Positions 27,590 to 38,867 are shown, numbered from the stretch's first letter. The stretch is 64,000 bases of DNA from Erythrobacter sp. (GCA_009993605.1 JAACTB010000007.1:771333-835332); one strand, 5' to 3'. A program made the numbers and translations. Notes: generated by a model from the letters alone, not told the origin.

Positions 27590-28681
27590 ATGGCGCTCGA
27601 CCGCATCTCCCTTTCCGGCTTCCGCAACCACATCGATACCGCGATCGAAGGCACGCGGGCGGTCAATCTGCTCGTCGGCACTAATGGCGCGGGCAAGACG
27701 AATGTTTTGGAAGCACTCTCGCTCTTCGCGCCGGGTCGCGGAATGCGCCGTGCGGCGCTTGCCGAAATGGCGCGACACGATGGCGGCGGTGGGTTCGCGA
27801 TCGGCGCCGATCTGGCCGCGGCTCAAACTGGAGAGAGCGAGCCGGTCCGCCTCGGCACCTATACCGAACCCGCGCAGCCGGGCCGCCGCCGGGTGCGGAT
27901 CAACGGTGCGGAAACGAGCGCGGTGGCGCTTGGCGAGTGGCTTGCGGTCGGCTGGCTGACCCCGGCGATGGACGGGCTGTTCACCGGGCCAGCGCAGGAC
28001 CGAAGGCGCTATCTCGACCGGCTCGCGCTCGCGCTCGACCCCGAACACGCCAGCCGCGCCAATCGCTACGAAGCCGCGCTGCGTGAGCGCAACCGATTGC
28101 TTTCGGACGATCGCGAGCCCGATCCCGTCTGGCTCGACGCCATCGAAGCGCAGCTGGCCGAACACGGCGCGGCCCTGTCGCGCGGGCGCGCGGCACTGAT
28201 CGATGCGATGATGGCGGAAATCGTAATCCAGCCCGAAGCGCCCTTCCCCCGCCCCGCCCTCAGCTACGCGCCCGGCGGCCCGCAAGGGTTCGAGGCGCTG
28301 TCCCAGGCGCTTCATGACGGGCGCCGCCGCGACCGGGCGGCGCAGCGCACGCTCACCGGACCGCACCGCGACAATGTCGAGGTGCTCTACGCCGCCAAGC
28401 GGATGCCCGCAGCGGCCTGTTCGACCGGAGAGCAGAAGGCGCTGCTGCTGGCGATGACGCTGGCCCATGCGGCTCTCGCCGCGAAAGGACGCGCCTCGCT
28501 CTTATTGCTGGACGAGGTAGCCGCCCATCTCGATCCCGACCGGCGCGTCGCCCTGTTCGACCGCCTGCGCAGCGGCGGCGCGCAGGTGTGGATGACGGGG
28601 ACGGAGATCGCCCCCTTCGAAGCGATAGCGGGCGAGGCGGCCGTCTGGGAGGTGCGAGGCGGCGCGGTTTCGCCTCGTTGA
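27590..28681 (+). CDS. recF: DNA replication/repair protein RecF
   Basis: FRNH, GTNGAGKTNVLEALS...PGRG.R, WLTPAMDGLF, GPHR, STGEQKALL, LLLDEVAAHLD. Confidence 0.95.
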   Translation: MALDRISLSGFRNHIDTAIEGTRAVNLLVGTNGAGKTNVLEALSLFAPGRGMRRAALAEMARHDGGGGFAIGADLAAAQTGESEPVRLGTYTEPAQPGRRRVRINGAETSAVALGEWLAVGWLTPAMDGLFTGPAQDRRRYLDRLALALDPEHASRANRYEAALRERNRLLSDDREPDPVWLDAIEAQLAEHGAALSRGRAALIDAMMAEIVIQPEAPFPRPALSYAPGGPQGFEALSQALHDGRRRDRAAQRTLTGPHRDNVEVLYAAKRMPAAACSTGEQKALLLAMTLAHAALAAKGRASLLLLDEVAAHLDPDRRVALFDRLRSGGAQVWMTGTEIAPFEAIAGEAAVWEVRGGAVSPR

Positions 28682-28694
28682 GCGAGCCTCGACC

Positions 28695-29399
28695 TTACTC
28701 GGCGGGCGGCAGCGCCTCGGCCACCTCCACCACCGTATCGTTCGCCAGCACCTGCAAGCCTTCTTCCGTCGGATGGATGCGATCGTCCTGGAACAGTTCG
28801 GGACGCTGATAGACCGTCTCCAGCCAGAACGGAATCAGCTCTGCACCGTATTCCTGCGCCAGATCGCCATAGAGCGCGTCGAAATCGCGCTGGAATTCCG
28901 GCCCGTAATTGGGCGGCGCGCGCATACCCATCAACAGCACCGGAATGCCACGATCGCGCAATTCGCCCAGCATCGCTTCGAAATTGGCGCGCGTCTCCGC
29001 TGGCGAAATCCCGCGCAACAGATCGTTGCCGCCCAGTTCGAGAATGACGAGATCGATGTTCTCTTGCTTGTCGAGGACGAAGGGGAGGCGCTGGCGGCCC
29101 GCCCCGCTGGTGTCGCCCGATACGCCCGCATTGACGATCCGCGCGTCGATCCCGCGTGCGCGCAGGGCCGCTTCGAGCTTGGCCGGATAGCTGTTTTCCG
29201 TGCCCACTCCGTATCCCGCGAACAGACTGTCCCCGAAGGCGAGGATGCGGCGTTCCGGCCCGCTGACGGGGATTTCCGGCGTGTCGTCATTTGCCGCGAC
29301 AGGTGCGACTTCGCGCTGTTGCGGCGCGGGATCGGCGCTCTGCCCACATGCGGCGAGCGCCATCAGCAGCGGAATGATCGACAGACGGACGAATTGCAC
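28695..29399 (-). CDS. GDSL/SGNH arylesterase lipoprotein (TesA-like)
   Basis: Lipobox LAAC, FGDSL, NAGVSGDT, LGGND, QDDRIHP. Confidence 0.92.
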   Translation of the reverse strand: MQFVRLSIIPLLMALAACGQSADPAPQQREVAPVAANDDTPEIPVSGPERRILAFGDSLFAGYGVGTENSYPAKLEAALRARGIDARIVNAGVSGDTSGAGRQRLPFVLDKQENIDLVILELGGNDLLRGISPAETRANFEAMLGELRDRGIPVLLMGMRAPPNYGPEFQRDFDALYGDLAQEYGAELIPFWLETVYQRPELFQDDRIHPTEEGLQVLANDTVVEVAEALPPAE

Positions 29400-29446
29400 C
29401 GGCGAGGCTCCTTGTGGGGGACAACACCCTGTGCCATCGCAGCGAA

Positions 29447-30136
29447 GTGACCAATTCTCAAGCTGCGATCTCCGCCCGCAACCTCACTCTCACGCTCGGC
29501 ACCGCCGAAGCTCCGGTCGAAATCCTGCGCGGCGTCGATCTCGACGTGATGCCGGGCGAGACCCTCGCGCTACTCGGCCCGTCGGGATCCGGCAAGAGTT
29601 CGCTCATGGCGGTGCTGTCGGGCCTCGAACGCGCGACCGGAGGAACGCTTCAAGTCGCGGGTCAGGATTTCAACGGGATGGACGAGGATGCGCTGGCCCA
29701 TGCGAGGCGCGGGCGGATCGGGATCGTGCTTCAGGCCTTTCACCTGCTCCCGACCATGACGGCGCAGGAAAACGTCGCCACGCCCATGGAACTGTCGGGC
29801 GAGAGCGATGCGCAGGCGCGCGCCCGTGCCGAATTGGAAGCGGTCGGCCTCGGCCATCGGCTCGATCATTATCCGCAGCAATTGTCGGGCGGCGAGCAGC
29901 AGCGCGTCGCCATCGCTCGCGCCATCGCGCCAAGGCCGGACCTGATCTTCGCCGACGAGCCGACCGGCAATCTCGACGCCGCGACCGGCCACGAAATCGT
30001 AGACCTCCTCTTCGCGAGGCGGGCCGAGACCGGAGCGACCCTGCTGGTCATCACCCACGATCCTGAACTGGCGAAGCACTGCGACAGGGTGATCCAGCTG
30101 GGCGACGGGGTGATCGCGAGCGACACGAAACGATGA
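29447..30136 (+). CDS. ABC ATP-binding protein (YbbA/LolD-like)
   Basis: GPSGSGKS, LSGGEQQRV, ADEPTGNLD, ITHD. Confidence 0.93.
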   Translation: MTNSQAAISARNLTLTLGTAEAPVEILRGVDLDVMPGETLALLGPSGSGKSSLMAVLSGLERATGGTLQVAGQDFNGMDEDALAHARRGRIGIVLQAFHLLPTMTAQENVATPMELSGESDAQARARAELEAVGLGHRLDHYPQQLSGGEQQRVAIARAIAPRPDLIFADEPTGNLDAATGHEIVDLLFARRAETGATLLVITHDPELAKHCDRVIQLGDGVIASDTKR

Positions 30137-32640
30137 GCTGGACCGAAGCCTGGCGCATCGCACGCCGCGATCTCAATGCGCGCTTCAAGGGCCTGCGCCT
30201 GCTGCTGGTCTGCCTGTTCCTGGGCACTGGGGCGCTGGCGGCGATCGGGACTCTGACTGCGGCGATCGAGGGAGAGATCGCTTCGAGCGGGCAGGAACTG
30301 CTCGGCGGCGATCTCGAGATCGAATTGTGGCAGCGCGCTCTCAACCCTGAAGAGGATGCCGCGCTTGGCGAATACGGATCGCTGACGCGCGGTTATCGCT
30401 TGCAGGCGATGGCCCGAAACGGCGATCAGGCGGTGCCGATCGGATTGAAGGCGGTCGACGACGCCTATCCGCTCTACGGTGCACTGACGCTGCAAGACGG
30501 TCGCAACGCCGGTGCACCTGCGCTGGGCGAGGCATGGCTCGATCGCGGGGCCGCCGAACGGCTCGGCGTGGGGCCGGGCGATACGATTTCCATCGGAACG
30601 CGCAGTGTGACGGTCGGCGGGATCATCGCGACCGAGCCCGACAAATTGAGCGAGGGGTTCCAACTCGGCCCGACCGTGATCGTGGCCGAGGGCCTGCCCG
30701 AAGCGGCGGGGCTGCTGGCGCCCGGCTCGATGTTCCAGAGCAAGACCCGCGTCGCCTTCGACACTCCGCGCGATCCGCAAACCGTGCGTGATGAGTTGGA
30801 GGACCGCTTCCCCGAGGCCGGCTTTGATTTCCGCACCGCCGATCGCGCATCGCCCGGCGCGGATCGCTTCGTCAGCCGGATGAGCGAATTTCTGACTCTG
30901 GTCGGCCTCGCCGCGCTCGTCATCGCCGGTATCGGGATCGGCGGAGGGGTGACCTCGTATCTCGACGCGCGGCGACAGGCGATCGCGACCCTTAAGATCC
31001 TCGGCGCGACCAGCACCGATATCGCGCGGATTTACGCACTTCAGATCGGGGCGGCGGCGCTTGCGGGCAGCGTTGCAGGACTGCTGGTGGGCGTGGCGGT
31101 GACGCCGCTGCTGGCGGTCGCGCTGTCAGGCCTGCTCCCGGTCGAGACCGGTCTCGTCGTCGATCCGCTCGCGCTCCTCACCGCTCTGGCCTACGGTTTG
31201 CTGGTCGCCTTCGTCTTCGCCGCACCGCCGCTGCTGCGCGCGCGGCATTTTCCCGCCATGGCGCTGATGCGGGCGCGGATCGCGCCGCTGGCGCAGGACC
31301 GACAGGCGCTGATCGCGGTCGGGTTGGGGCTCGCGGCGATTGTCGCGCTGGCGCTCCTGACCGCGAGCAATTGGCAATTGTCGGGCCTGTTCCTGGTTGG
31401 CGCGGCGGTGGCGCTGGGTCTCCTCGCTCTGCTCGGTCTCGCGATCCGCAAGCTTGCCGGCGCCCTGCCCCGCCCGAGCAACCCGATCGCGCGCAATGCG
31501 CTCGCCAATCTGCACCGCCCCGGGTCCTCCACCGGCGCGCTCGTCACCGCGCTCGGCTTCGGGCTCGCCGCTTTCGTCCTGCTCGCTGCGGTCCAGTCCG
31601 CCATCGACGGGAATATCGAACGCCGCGTGCCCGAGCAGGCGCCCGACTATTTCGTGCTCGACGTGCCGCGCGATTCCATCGCGGATTTCGAGGCTTTGGT
31701 GCGGGAGGAAGACCCCGCCGCCGATATCCGCACCGTCCCAGCCTTGCGCGGCGCGGTTCTCGCCTTCGGGTCCGAGGGCGCGATGACCCGCACGGCGGAT
31801 CTCGAGGAAATTCCCGACGGCGCCTGGGCCCTGCGCGGCGAGCGCGGGCTGACCTATGCCGACGAGGTTCCGCCCGGCAACACCATCGTCGAAGGCGAAT
31901 GGTGGGGGCCGTTCCACGAGGGCGAACCGCTGGTCAGCGTGGACCAGGAATTCGCCGAGGCTGCGGGGCTCGAAATCGGCGACCTGCTGGCCTTCGGCGT
32001 GCTTGGGACCGAGCGCACCGCCCGCATCGCCAATCTGCGCACGATCGATTGGGAGAGCCTCGGCTTCAACTACGTCTTCGTCCTCAGCCCGAATGCGCTC
32101 GACGACGTGCCGCACAATCTGGCCGCGACGATCGAACTCGCGCCCGGAACGCCCACCGCGCCGATCCTGCAAGGGCTGGTGCGCGAATTTCCCTCCTCCT
32201 CGGTGATCGAGGTCGGCGGCATCTTGGAACAGGCGCGCACGCTGCTCGAACAGGTCGGCCTCGCCACGCTGGCTGCGGCAAGCGTGGCCGTGCTGGCGGG
32301 CCTCGCGGTCCTGCTCGGCGCGATCGCGGCGGCGCGGGCCGCGCGGACCTACGACACGGTGATCCTGCGCGTTCTGGGCGCGGACCGGCGGCAGGTCTTG
32401 ATGATGCAGCTGATCGAATACGGCGTGCTGGCTCTGGCGCTCGCCGTGGTGGCGCTGGGGCTCGGCAGCCTGCTCGCCTGGCTGGTGATCACCCAATTGT
32501 TCGAATTCGATTGGCTGCCCGATTGGGGCGAGATCTTCGCAGTGCTCGGAATGGGGCTCGCCGTCGTGATGGGCTTTGCATTGGGCGGATCGTTGCCGCT
32601 GCTGCGCGCCAAGCCGGCGCAGGCGCTTCGGGCTCTATAG
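30133..32640 (+). CDS. ABC permease, YbbP/FtsX-like (835 aa)
   Basis: AW..ARRDL, LLGGDL, two FtsX-type TM blocks, PDYFVLD; ATGA overlap with the ATPase. Confidence 0.9.
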   Translation: MSWTEAWRIARRDLNARFKGLRLLLVCLFLGTGALAAIGTLTAAIEGEIASSGQELLGGDLEIELWQRALNPEEDAALGEYGSLTRGYRLQAMARNGDQAVPIGLKAVDDAYPLYGALTLQDGRNAGAPALGEAWLDRGAAERLGVGPGDTISIGTRSVTVGGIIATEPDKLSEGFQLGPTVIVAEGLPEAAGLLAPGSMFQSKTRVAFDTPRDPQTVRDELEDRFPEAGFDFRTADRASPGADRFVSRMSEFLTLVGLAALVIAGIGIGGGVTSYLDARRQAIATLKILGATSTDIARIYALQIGAAALAGSVAGLLVGVAVTPLLAVALSGLLPVETGLVVDPLALLTALAYGLLVAFVFAAPPLLRARHFPAMALMRARIAPLAQDRQALIAVGLGLAAIVALALLTASNWQLSGLFLVGAAVALGLLALLGLAIRKLAGALPRPSNPIARNALANLHRPGSSTGALVTALGFGLAAFVLLAAVQSAIDGNIERRVPEQAPDYFVLDVPRDSIADFEALVREEDPAADIRTVPALRGAVLAFGSEGAMTRTADLEEIPDGAWALRGERGLTYADEVPPGNTIVEGEWWGPFHEGEPLVSVDQEFAEAAGLEIGDLLAFGVLGTERTARIANLRTIDWESLGFNYVFVLSPNALDDVPHNLAATIELAPGTPTAPILQGLVREFPSSSVIEVGGILEQARTLLEQVGLATLAAASVAVLAGLAVLLGAIAAARAARTYDTVILRVLGADRRQVLMMQLIEYGVLALALAVVALGLGSLLAWLVITQLFEFDWLPDWGEIFAVLGMGLAVVMGFALGGSLPLLRAKPAQALRAL

Positions 32641-32679
32641 TCTTACCGCTCGAACCGGTCAGCGAGGCGGGACAAAGAA

Positions 32680-32701
32680 AAGGGGGCCCGAAAGCCCCCT
32701 T
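32680..32701. terminator. Bidirectional intrinsic terminator
   Basis: AAGGGGGC-CCGAAA-GCCCCCTT with an A-run on the left, between convergent genes. Confidence 0.8.
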
Positions 32702-32728
32702 CCCCTTTATCGATGTAACGCGATCCGA

Positions 32729-35377
32729 TCAGAACCGCATCCGCGCCGTCACGCCGTAAGTGCGCGGCTGGCTGGGATAGCCCGAGATCGAACCGGCCTG
32801 CGCGGTGCTCGGGAAGATCTGGGTGAGATACTGCTCGTTGCCGAGATTGCGGACATAGCCGCTCAGTTCGAACCCGTTCTCCATCGCGAAGGTCAGCGAG
32901 GCGTTCACCTGATTGACCTCGCGCGTGTAGTTGCGGGCGATCGCACGCTGCTGTTCGAACGTGCCGAAGCCCGGAACGCCTTCGAGCAGCTGGGTGTCGC
33001 TTTCGTGATAATAGTCGACACGGCCGATCAGGAGGTTCCCGCTCGATCCCAGTTCCTGCGTGTAGGTCGCCGAGGTGGCGATCGTGAACGAGGGGATACC
33101 CGCCGGGCGCGTACCCGTCAGATCGCCGACAGCCGAATTGGTGAAGCTGTCGTAGATCGGGTCGAGATGGGTCAGCGCGAAGGTGAAGACCAGCGCGTCG
33201 GTCGGGCTGATCGTGCTGTCGAGCTCGAAGCCGCGGGTCGACTGTTGGCCCGCATTCGCCAGCGCGAAGCCGGTGCCGGTGAAGACGTTCGACTGGAAGC
33301 CGTCCAGCGTCTGGTCGAACAAGGCGAGATTGAGCGCGAAGCCCGGATAATCGAGCTTGATGCCGAGTTCGTAGACTTCCGATTCTTCCGGCCCGGCAAA
33401 GCGCGAACCGGTGCCGAGATTGGGGACAGCGATGCCCGCGTCGCGGATCGGCGAGGACGGCGCGAGGATCAGGCTGCCGCGCGGACCGGGCGTGAAGTCG
33501 GAGGCCAGCGGACGGCTGTCACGCGACAGGTTGACCGAGCTGGCCTTGAAGCCGGTGGCATAGGTGAAATACGCGTTGATATTGTCGTTCACCTCGTAGG
33601 CGATGCGGCCAGTATAGCTCCAGTCGTCATCCTCGGTCTGACCCGGTTCGACCGCGTTCGGCACGCCGAGGAAGGGCGGGATGAACTGGAGGGGCTGGAG
33701 CGCGAGCAGCGGGTTGACCGCCGGGTTGAGTGCGGCGTTCGTGATCGCGCCGAAGGCCGGTCGCGTCGCGGGATTGGTCGCGAAGCCGTTGATGACCGCG
33801 GGAGTCACTGCGCCGGGTGCCACGTTCAGCGCACGCGCGATCTGGCCGACGATGAACGCGTCGACAAGATTGACGTTCGCCAGCGGATCGAAGGATTGCT
33901 GCGAGAGGGTGAAGTCCTTCTCGTCCTTGGTGTAGTTGAAGCCGCCGGTAATGGTAATCCGGTCGGTGACTTCGAAATCCACCGTTCCGAAGATCGAGTA
34001 GCTCTCGTTCTGAAGGGTGAAGGCTTCACGCGACAGTGGGCCGGCGGCGAAGCTGCCGCCCACAGGAATGCCCAGACCGACTTCGGCCGCCGGAAGCGCG
34101 CCGCCCGCCAGCACGTTGAAGAACGGCCGCGCCGCTGCGCCATTGTCGAGGCCGCTGGTCTGCACCACGTCTTCATTGAAATAGAACCCGCCGAGCAGGA
34201 AGTTCAGCGGCCCGTCGAAATCCGACGTCAGGCGCAGTTCCTGCGTGAAGGTGTCGACCGCCTGGTCGCGGAATTCGCTGACCACGTCGGCGCTGGTGAA
34301 ATCGACGTCCTGCTGGTTGAAAGCGCGTAGTTCGCGATAGGCAGTGATCGAGGTCAGCGCGATCGCACCGATCTCGTATTCCGCCTGGAGCGAGCCGCCA
34401 TAGCTTTCGATGTCGTTGGTCGGCAGCCGGTTCAGATAGGCTTCGTAGCTGAACGGATCGTTCGCCCCGACATTGCCGCCGACCGCACGGGTGGCCGCGA
34501 AGGTCGGCCCGGCGAGGACGTTGCCGGCAAAGCAGCAATTCTCGTCGATTTTGGAATAATCGCCGATCGCGCGGACGGTCAGCGGACCGCCATTGTCGAA
34601 CAGCAATTGGGCACGCGCGCCCCAGCGATCGCGATCGTTGATCTTTTCGTCGAGATTGACGACGTCGACGTAACCGTCGCGGGTGTTGTAATTCCCCTCG
34701 ACCGAGAAGGCCAGGCTGTCGGTGATCGGCCCCGTCACGTCGCCGCGCACGACGATGTTGTCGTAATTGCCGTAGCTGAGCGACGCGCTGCCGCCGAAAT
34801 CGAATTGCGGCTCGCGCGTGACGACCGAGATGATGCCGGCGCTGGCGTTCTTGCCGAACAGGGTCGACTGCGGCCCACGCAGGACCTCGATGCGGGCGAC
34901 GTTGGCGAGATCGTTGATCTGCGCCGCCGACCGCGAACGATAGACGCCGTCGATGAACACGCCGACCGAAGGTTCGACGCCGACATTGTTGGCGCCGTTG
35001 CCGAAGCCGCGGATGAAGAAGGTGGTGTTGGCCGAGCTCTGCAACTGGCTCACGCGCAACGAGGGCGCGACGGTCTGAAGATCGAGCAGGTCGCGGATTT
35101 CCGCGCGCTCCAGCGTCTCGCCGGTGGTCACGCTGACCGAGACGGGCGTTTCCTGAAGCGTCTGCGCGCGCTTGGTGGCGGTGACGATGATCGTGTCGGC
35201 GCCCGCGGCGGGGGCCACGTCGGGCTCGCCATCGGTCAGATCGGCATCGTTATCGAGCGTCGTCGTGTCTTCTTCGATCGCCTGTGCGGCAGCGGCGCTG
35301 GGCATGAGGGCGATGGCGGCGACACCGGCGAACAGGCCGGCAGATACGCCGCGCGAAAACGAACGCGAAAAATTCAT
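32729..35377 (-). CDS. TonB-dependent receptor
   Basis: Signal peptide, TonB box TIIVTATKR, plug RIEVLRGPQSTLFGKN..AG, ends RTYGVTARMRF; AGAGAGG RBS supports ATG 35377. Confidence 0.95.
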   Translation of the reverse strand: MNFSRSFSRGVSAGLFAGVAAIALMPSAAAAQAIEEDTTTLDNDADLTDGEPDVAPAAGADTIIVTATKRAQTLQETPVSVSVTTGETLERAEIRDLLDLQTVAPSLRVSQLQSSANTTFFIRGFGNGANNVGVEPSVGVFIDGVYRSRSAAQINDLANVARIEVLRGPQSTLFGKNASAGIISVVTREPQFDFGGSASLSYGNYDNIVVRGDVTGPITDSLAFSVEGNYNTRDGYVDVVNLDEKINDRDRWGARAQLLFDNGGPLTVRAIGDYSKIDENCCFAGNVLAGPTFAATRAVGGNVGANDPFSYEAYLNRLPTNDIESYGGSLQAEYEIGAIALTSITAYRELRAFNQQDVDFTSADVVSEFRDQAVDTFTQELRLTSDFDGPLNFLLGGFYFNEDVVQTSGLDNGAAARPFFNVLAGGALPAAEVGLGIPVGGSFAAGPLSREAFTLQNESYSIFGTVDFEVTDRITITGGFNYTKDEKDFTLSQQSFDPLANVNLVDAFIVGQIARALNVAPGAVTPAVINGFATNPATRPAFGAITNAALNPAVNPLLALQPLQFIPPFLGVPNAVEPGQTEDDDWSYTGRIAYEVNDNINAYFTYATGFKASSVNLSRDSRPLASDFTPGPRGSLILAPSSPIRDAGIAVPNLGTGSRFAGPEESEVYELGIKLDYPGFALNLALFDQTLDGFQSNVFTGTGFALANAGQQSTRGFELDSTISPTDALVFTFALTHLDPIYDSFTNSAVGDLTGTRPAGIPSFTIATSATYTQELGSSGNLLIGRVDYYHESDTQLLEGVPGFGTFEQQRAIARNYTREVNQVNASLTFAMENGFELSGYVRNLGNEQYLTQIFPSTAQAGSISGYPSQPRTYGVTARMRF

Positions 35378-35682
35378 GGACAACCTCTCTCAAACAGGCG
35401 CGGATCTGTCCGATCCGCCTCTCTCCCGAGCGTGCCTTGAGCTACACTCGTCGGGGGGCGACCCCCTACTTCTCCTACGCGATTGGAACAAGCGCGATCC
35501 CCCGTTTTCCAAGAGCTTCGGGCCGTGTTGCAGCGCCGCCACAGTTTCCGCTACGGCTTTGCGGAGATAGACGCACCTCTGTTTACTTGCCGCATTGCAG
35601 CAAGTGGGCTAGGGGGCGCGCGCACCGGGTGTTCGATCGCCCGTTCCCCTTTTTCCCGACCCTCACGAAAGCACCCCGCCCC

Positions 35683-37512
35683 ATGTCCCGCGACCTGCGC
35701 AACGTCGCCATCATCGCCCACGTCGATCACGGCAAGACCACTCTGGTGGACCAGCTGTTCCGCCAGTCCGGCACCTTCCGCGAAAACCAGCGCGTGGAAG
35801 AACGCGCGATGGATTCGGGCGATCTCGAAAAGGAACGCGGGATCACCATCCTCGCCAAGTGCACCAGCGTGGAATGGGAGCATGAGGGCAAGACCACCCG
35901 CATCAACATCGTCGACACCCCCGGCCACGCCGATTTCGGCGCCGAGGTGGAGCGTATCCTCAGCATGGTCGACGGGGTGATCCTGCTCGTCGACGCCGCC
36001 GAGGGGCCGATGCCGCAGACCAAGTTCGTGACCGGCAAGGCGCTGGCGCTGGGCCTCAAGCCGATCGTCGTCGTCAACAAGATCGACCGCAGCGACGCGC
36101 GCCCCGACGAGGTGCTCGACGAGTGCTTCGAACTCTTCCTCAGCCTCGATGCGAATGACGAGCAGCTCGACTTCCCCTCGCTCTGGGCCTCGGGCCGCGA
36201 TGGCTATGCCAGCCCCGATGCGACCGCGCGCTCGGGCGATCTCGAACCTTTGTTCAAGCTGATCGTCGACCACGTGCCCGCCCCCGGCCTCGACACCGAC
36301 GGGCCGTTCAGCTTCCTCGCCACCCTGCTCGACCGCGACAATTTCATGGGCCGCGTCCTGACGGGCCGGGTCCAGTCGGGCACGGTCAAGATCAACGATC
36401 CGATCCGCGCGCTGGATGCGGACGGCAATGTCGTCGAAGTCGGCCGCGCGACCAAGCTGATGAGCTTCGACGGGCTCGACCGCGTGCCGGTCGAAAGCGC
36501 GCAGGCGGGCGACATCATCGCGATGGCGGGCCTCGAAAAGGCGACCGTGTCAAACACCATCGCCGATCCGGCGGTGACCGAACCGATCGCCGCGCAGCCG
36601 ATCGACCCGCCGACGCTGGCCATGCGTTTCTCGGTCAATGACAGCCCGCTTGCCGGGCGCGAGGGATCGAAGGTGACGAGCCGCATGATCCGCGACCGCC
36701 TAATGCGCGAGGCGGAAACCAATGTCGCCATCCGCGTCACCGAAAGCGACGACAAGGACAGCTTCGAAGTCGCCGGGCGCGGCGAATTGCAGCTCGGCGT
36801 CCTCATCGAAACGATGCGCCGCGAAGGCTTCGAACTGGGCATTTCGCGCCCGCGCGTCTTGTTCCGTGAAGAGAACGGCCAGCGCATGGAGCCGTTCGAA
36901 ACGGTCGTCATCGACGTGGACGACGAGCATTCGGGCACGGTCGTCGAGAAAATGCAGCGCCGCAAGGCCGAGCTGACCGACATGCGCCCTTCCGGCGCCG
37001 GCAAGACGCGCGTCACCTTCTCCGCCCCCAGCCGCGGCCTGATCGGCTATCACGGCGAATTCCTTTCCGACACGCGCGGCACGGGGATCATGAACCGCTT
37101 GTTCGAGAAATACGACGCGCACAAAGGCCCGATCGAAGGCCGCCAGAACGGCGTGCTGATCTCGATGGTGGCGGGCGAGGCGACCGGTTACGCCCTGTTC
37201 GCGCTGGAAGATCGCGGCGAATTGTTCATCAGCGGCGGCGCCAAGATCTATGAAGGCATGGTCATCGGCGAGAACGCCAAGCCGCAGGACCTCGAAGTCA
37301 ATCCGCTGAAGTCCAAGCAGCTTACCAATTTCCGCTCGACCGGCAAGGACGATGCGATCCGTCTGACGCCGCCGCGCGTAATGACGCTGGAACAGGCGAT
37401 CGCCTATATCGACGACGACGAGATGGTCGAAGTGACGCCGCAGACCATCCGCCTGCGCAAGGCGATCCTCGATCCGCACGAGCGCAAGAAGGCCAAGCGC
37501 AAGGACGGCTGA
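35683..37512 (+). CDS. typA: Translational GTPase TypA/BipA
   Basis: [46 protein letters not shown]...LEQA. Confidence 0.98.
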   Translation: MSRDLRNVAIIAHVDHGKTTLVDQLFRQSGTFRENQRVEERAMDSGDLEKERGITILAKCTSVEWEHEGKTTRINIVDTPGHADFGAEVERILSMVDGVILLVDAAEGPMPQTKFVTGKALALGLKPIVVVNKIDRSDARPDEVLDECFELFLSLDANDEQLDFPSLWASGRDGYASPDATARSGDLEPLFKLIVDHVPAPGLDTDGPFSFLATLLDRDNFMGRVLTGRVQSGTVKINDPIRALDADGNVVEVGRATKLMSFDGLDRVPVESAQAGDIIAMAGLEKATVSNTIADPAVTEPIAAQPIDPPTLAMRFSVNDSPLAGREGSKVTSRMIRDRLMREAETNVAIRVTESDDKDSFEVAGRGELQLGVLIETMRREGFELGISRPRVLFREENGQRMEPFETVVIDVDDEHSGTVVEKMQRRKAELTDMRPSGAGKTRVTFSAPSRGLIGYHGEFLSDTRGTGIMNRLFEKYDAHKGPIEGRQNGVLISMVAGEATGYALFALEDRGELFISGGAKIYEGMVIGENAKPQDLEVNPLKSKQLTNFRSTGKDDAIRLTPPRVMTLEQAIAYIDDDEMVEVTPQTIRLRKAILDPHERKKAKRKDG

Positions 37513-37533
37513 GAACCGCCCGCCGGGGTCCGA

Positions 37534-38076
37534 TCAGTCCGGGCAGCGGCGCAGCACGAATCCGTCCCTGGTATCGTAGCGCGCCCGCATCCGGTCCGGA
37601 CCTTCCAGCGCCATATAAAAGGCGTATCGGGTGCCCGGGCCGTCGCCATATTGTTCGAAGATGGTCGCAGCGGCGTAGTCGCCGCGAACCCGCACCGTAC
37701 GCACGATGCCGGTGCTTTCGAAAAAGCCGATGCGGCTCGCTCCGATATTGTAGCGCTGGTGTCCGGGCACGCCGCAATGGTCGAGATCTTCCGACCAAAG
37801 CCCGTGGAAGCGCGCCGGTATCGTGTCCTGCACGGAAGCCCCGGGAACGCTCCTCTCCTCTTCTGTTTGCGGAGCCGGGCTTTCGGTACGCTGCGATTCC
37901 GCAGAGCTGGACGGGTCAGGCGAAGCGACCTCGCCCGGTTCGGTGCGCGCAATGACCTCTCCGGAATTCCGGTCGTTCTGCGAGTTTGGCGGATCGTTCG
38001 AACACGCCGCTAGCAAAACAAGTGCGGCGAGCGAACCGAAGCGAAGCGGCGGCGCGATGATAGGTCGATGGCCCAA
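37534..38076 (-). CDS. Hypothetical lipoprotein
   Basis: Lipobox LLAAC, Pro/Glu-rich linker, C-terminal IPARFHGLW....C domain; start uncertain. Confidence 0.6.
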   Translation of the reverse strand: MGHRPIIAPPLRFGSLAALVLLAACSNDPPNSQNDRNSGEVIARTEPGEVASPDPSSSAESQRTESPAPQTEEERSVPGASVQDTIPARFHGLWSEDLDHCGVPGHQRYNIGASRIGFFESTGIVRTVRVRGDYAAATIFEQYGDGPGTRYAFYMALEGPDRMRARYDTRDGFVLRRCPD

Positions 38077-38078
38077 AG

Positions 38079-38867
38079 TCAGTCGCCGAGCGCCATGAAA
38101 TTCGGCTGCCCGTTCGACGCGCTGACCCCGCCATCGACCGGCAGGTTGGCCCCCGTCACGAACCGCGCATCTTCGCTGGCGAGGAAGGCGACGACGCTCG
38201 CCACATCTTCCGGTTCGCCGACGCGGCCCAGCGGAATGCGACGCAGAAACGCGTCCATCAAGTCCTTATTGTCGCGAATGCCCTCGCTCATCTCGGTCCG
38301 GGTCAGCGAAGGCAGGACAGCATTCACGCGGATGCCCTGCGCGCCCAGTTGGAGGGCGAGGCCACGCGTCAGATTGGTCACCGCGCCCTTCGATGCGTTG
38401 TAGATCGGCATGGTCCAGTCGCCGCCGCTGCCCGATACGCTGGAGGTGTTGACGATCGACGCGCCGCCCGCAATTTCGCTCTTCGCAAGTTCGGGGATCG
38501 CCGCGCGGCACATATAGAGCATGCCCTTCACGTTGATATCGATCACGCTCTCGATATCGTCCTCGTCCGCCTCGGCCAAAGGACCGGCGGCGGCGATGCC
38601 GGCATTGTTGATCAGCACGTCGAGCCCGCCGAAGCGGTCGACCGTCTTCTCGATGATTTCCTTCGCGAAATCGGCGCCTCCGATTGCGCCCTCGACGATC
38701 AATGTGCGCTCGTCGGGCATATTCTCCGCCACCTTTTCGAGATCCTCGCGTGTGCGTGAATTGAGGACGACATTGGCGCCCTCTTCGGAAAAGCGGCGCG
38801 CGATGGCGGCGCCGATGCCGGAAGACGAGCCGGTGACGATGACGGTGTTGCCGGAAAAGCGGTTCAT
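38079..38867 (-). CDS. Classical SDR oxidoreductase
   Basis: TGSSSGIG, LINNAGI, NTSS, YNASKGA, IRVNAV.P, DGG. Confidence 0.93.
   Translation of the reverse strand: MNRFSGNTVIVTGSSSGIGAAIARRFSEEGANVVLNSRTREDLEKVAENMPDERTLIVEGAIGGADFAKEIIEKTVDRFGGLDVLINNAGIAAAGPLAEADEDDIESVIDINVKGMLYMCRAAIPELAKSEIAGGASIVNTSSVSGSGGDWTMPIYNASKGAVTNLTRGLALQLGAQGIRVNAVLPSLTRTEMSEGIRDNKDLMDAFLRRIPLGRVGEPEDVASVVAFLASEDARFVTGANLPVDGGVSASNGQPNFMALGD

Noticed and set aside
28695-32640. Esterase divergent from an ABC ATPase and large permease as a new system
   Set aside because: Matches the widely conserved tesA/ybbA/ybbP arrangement
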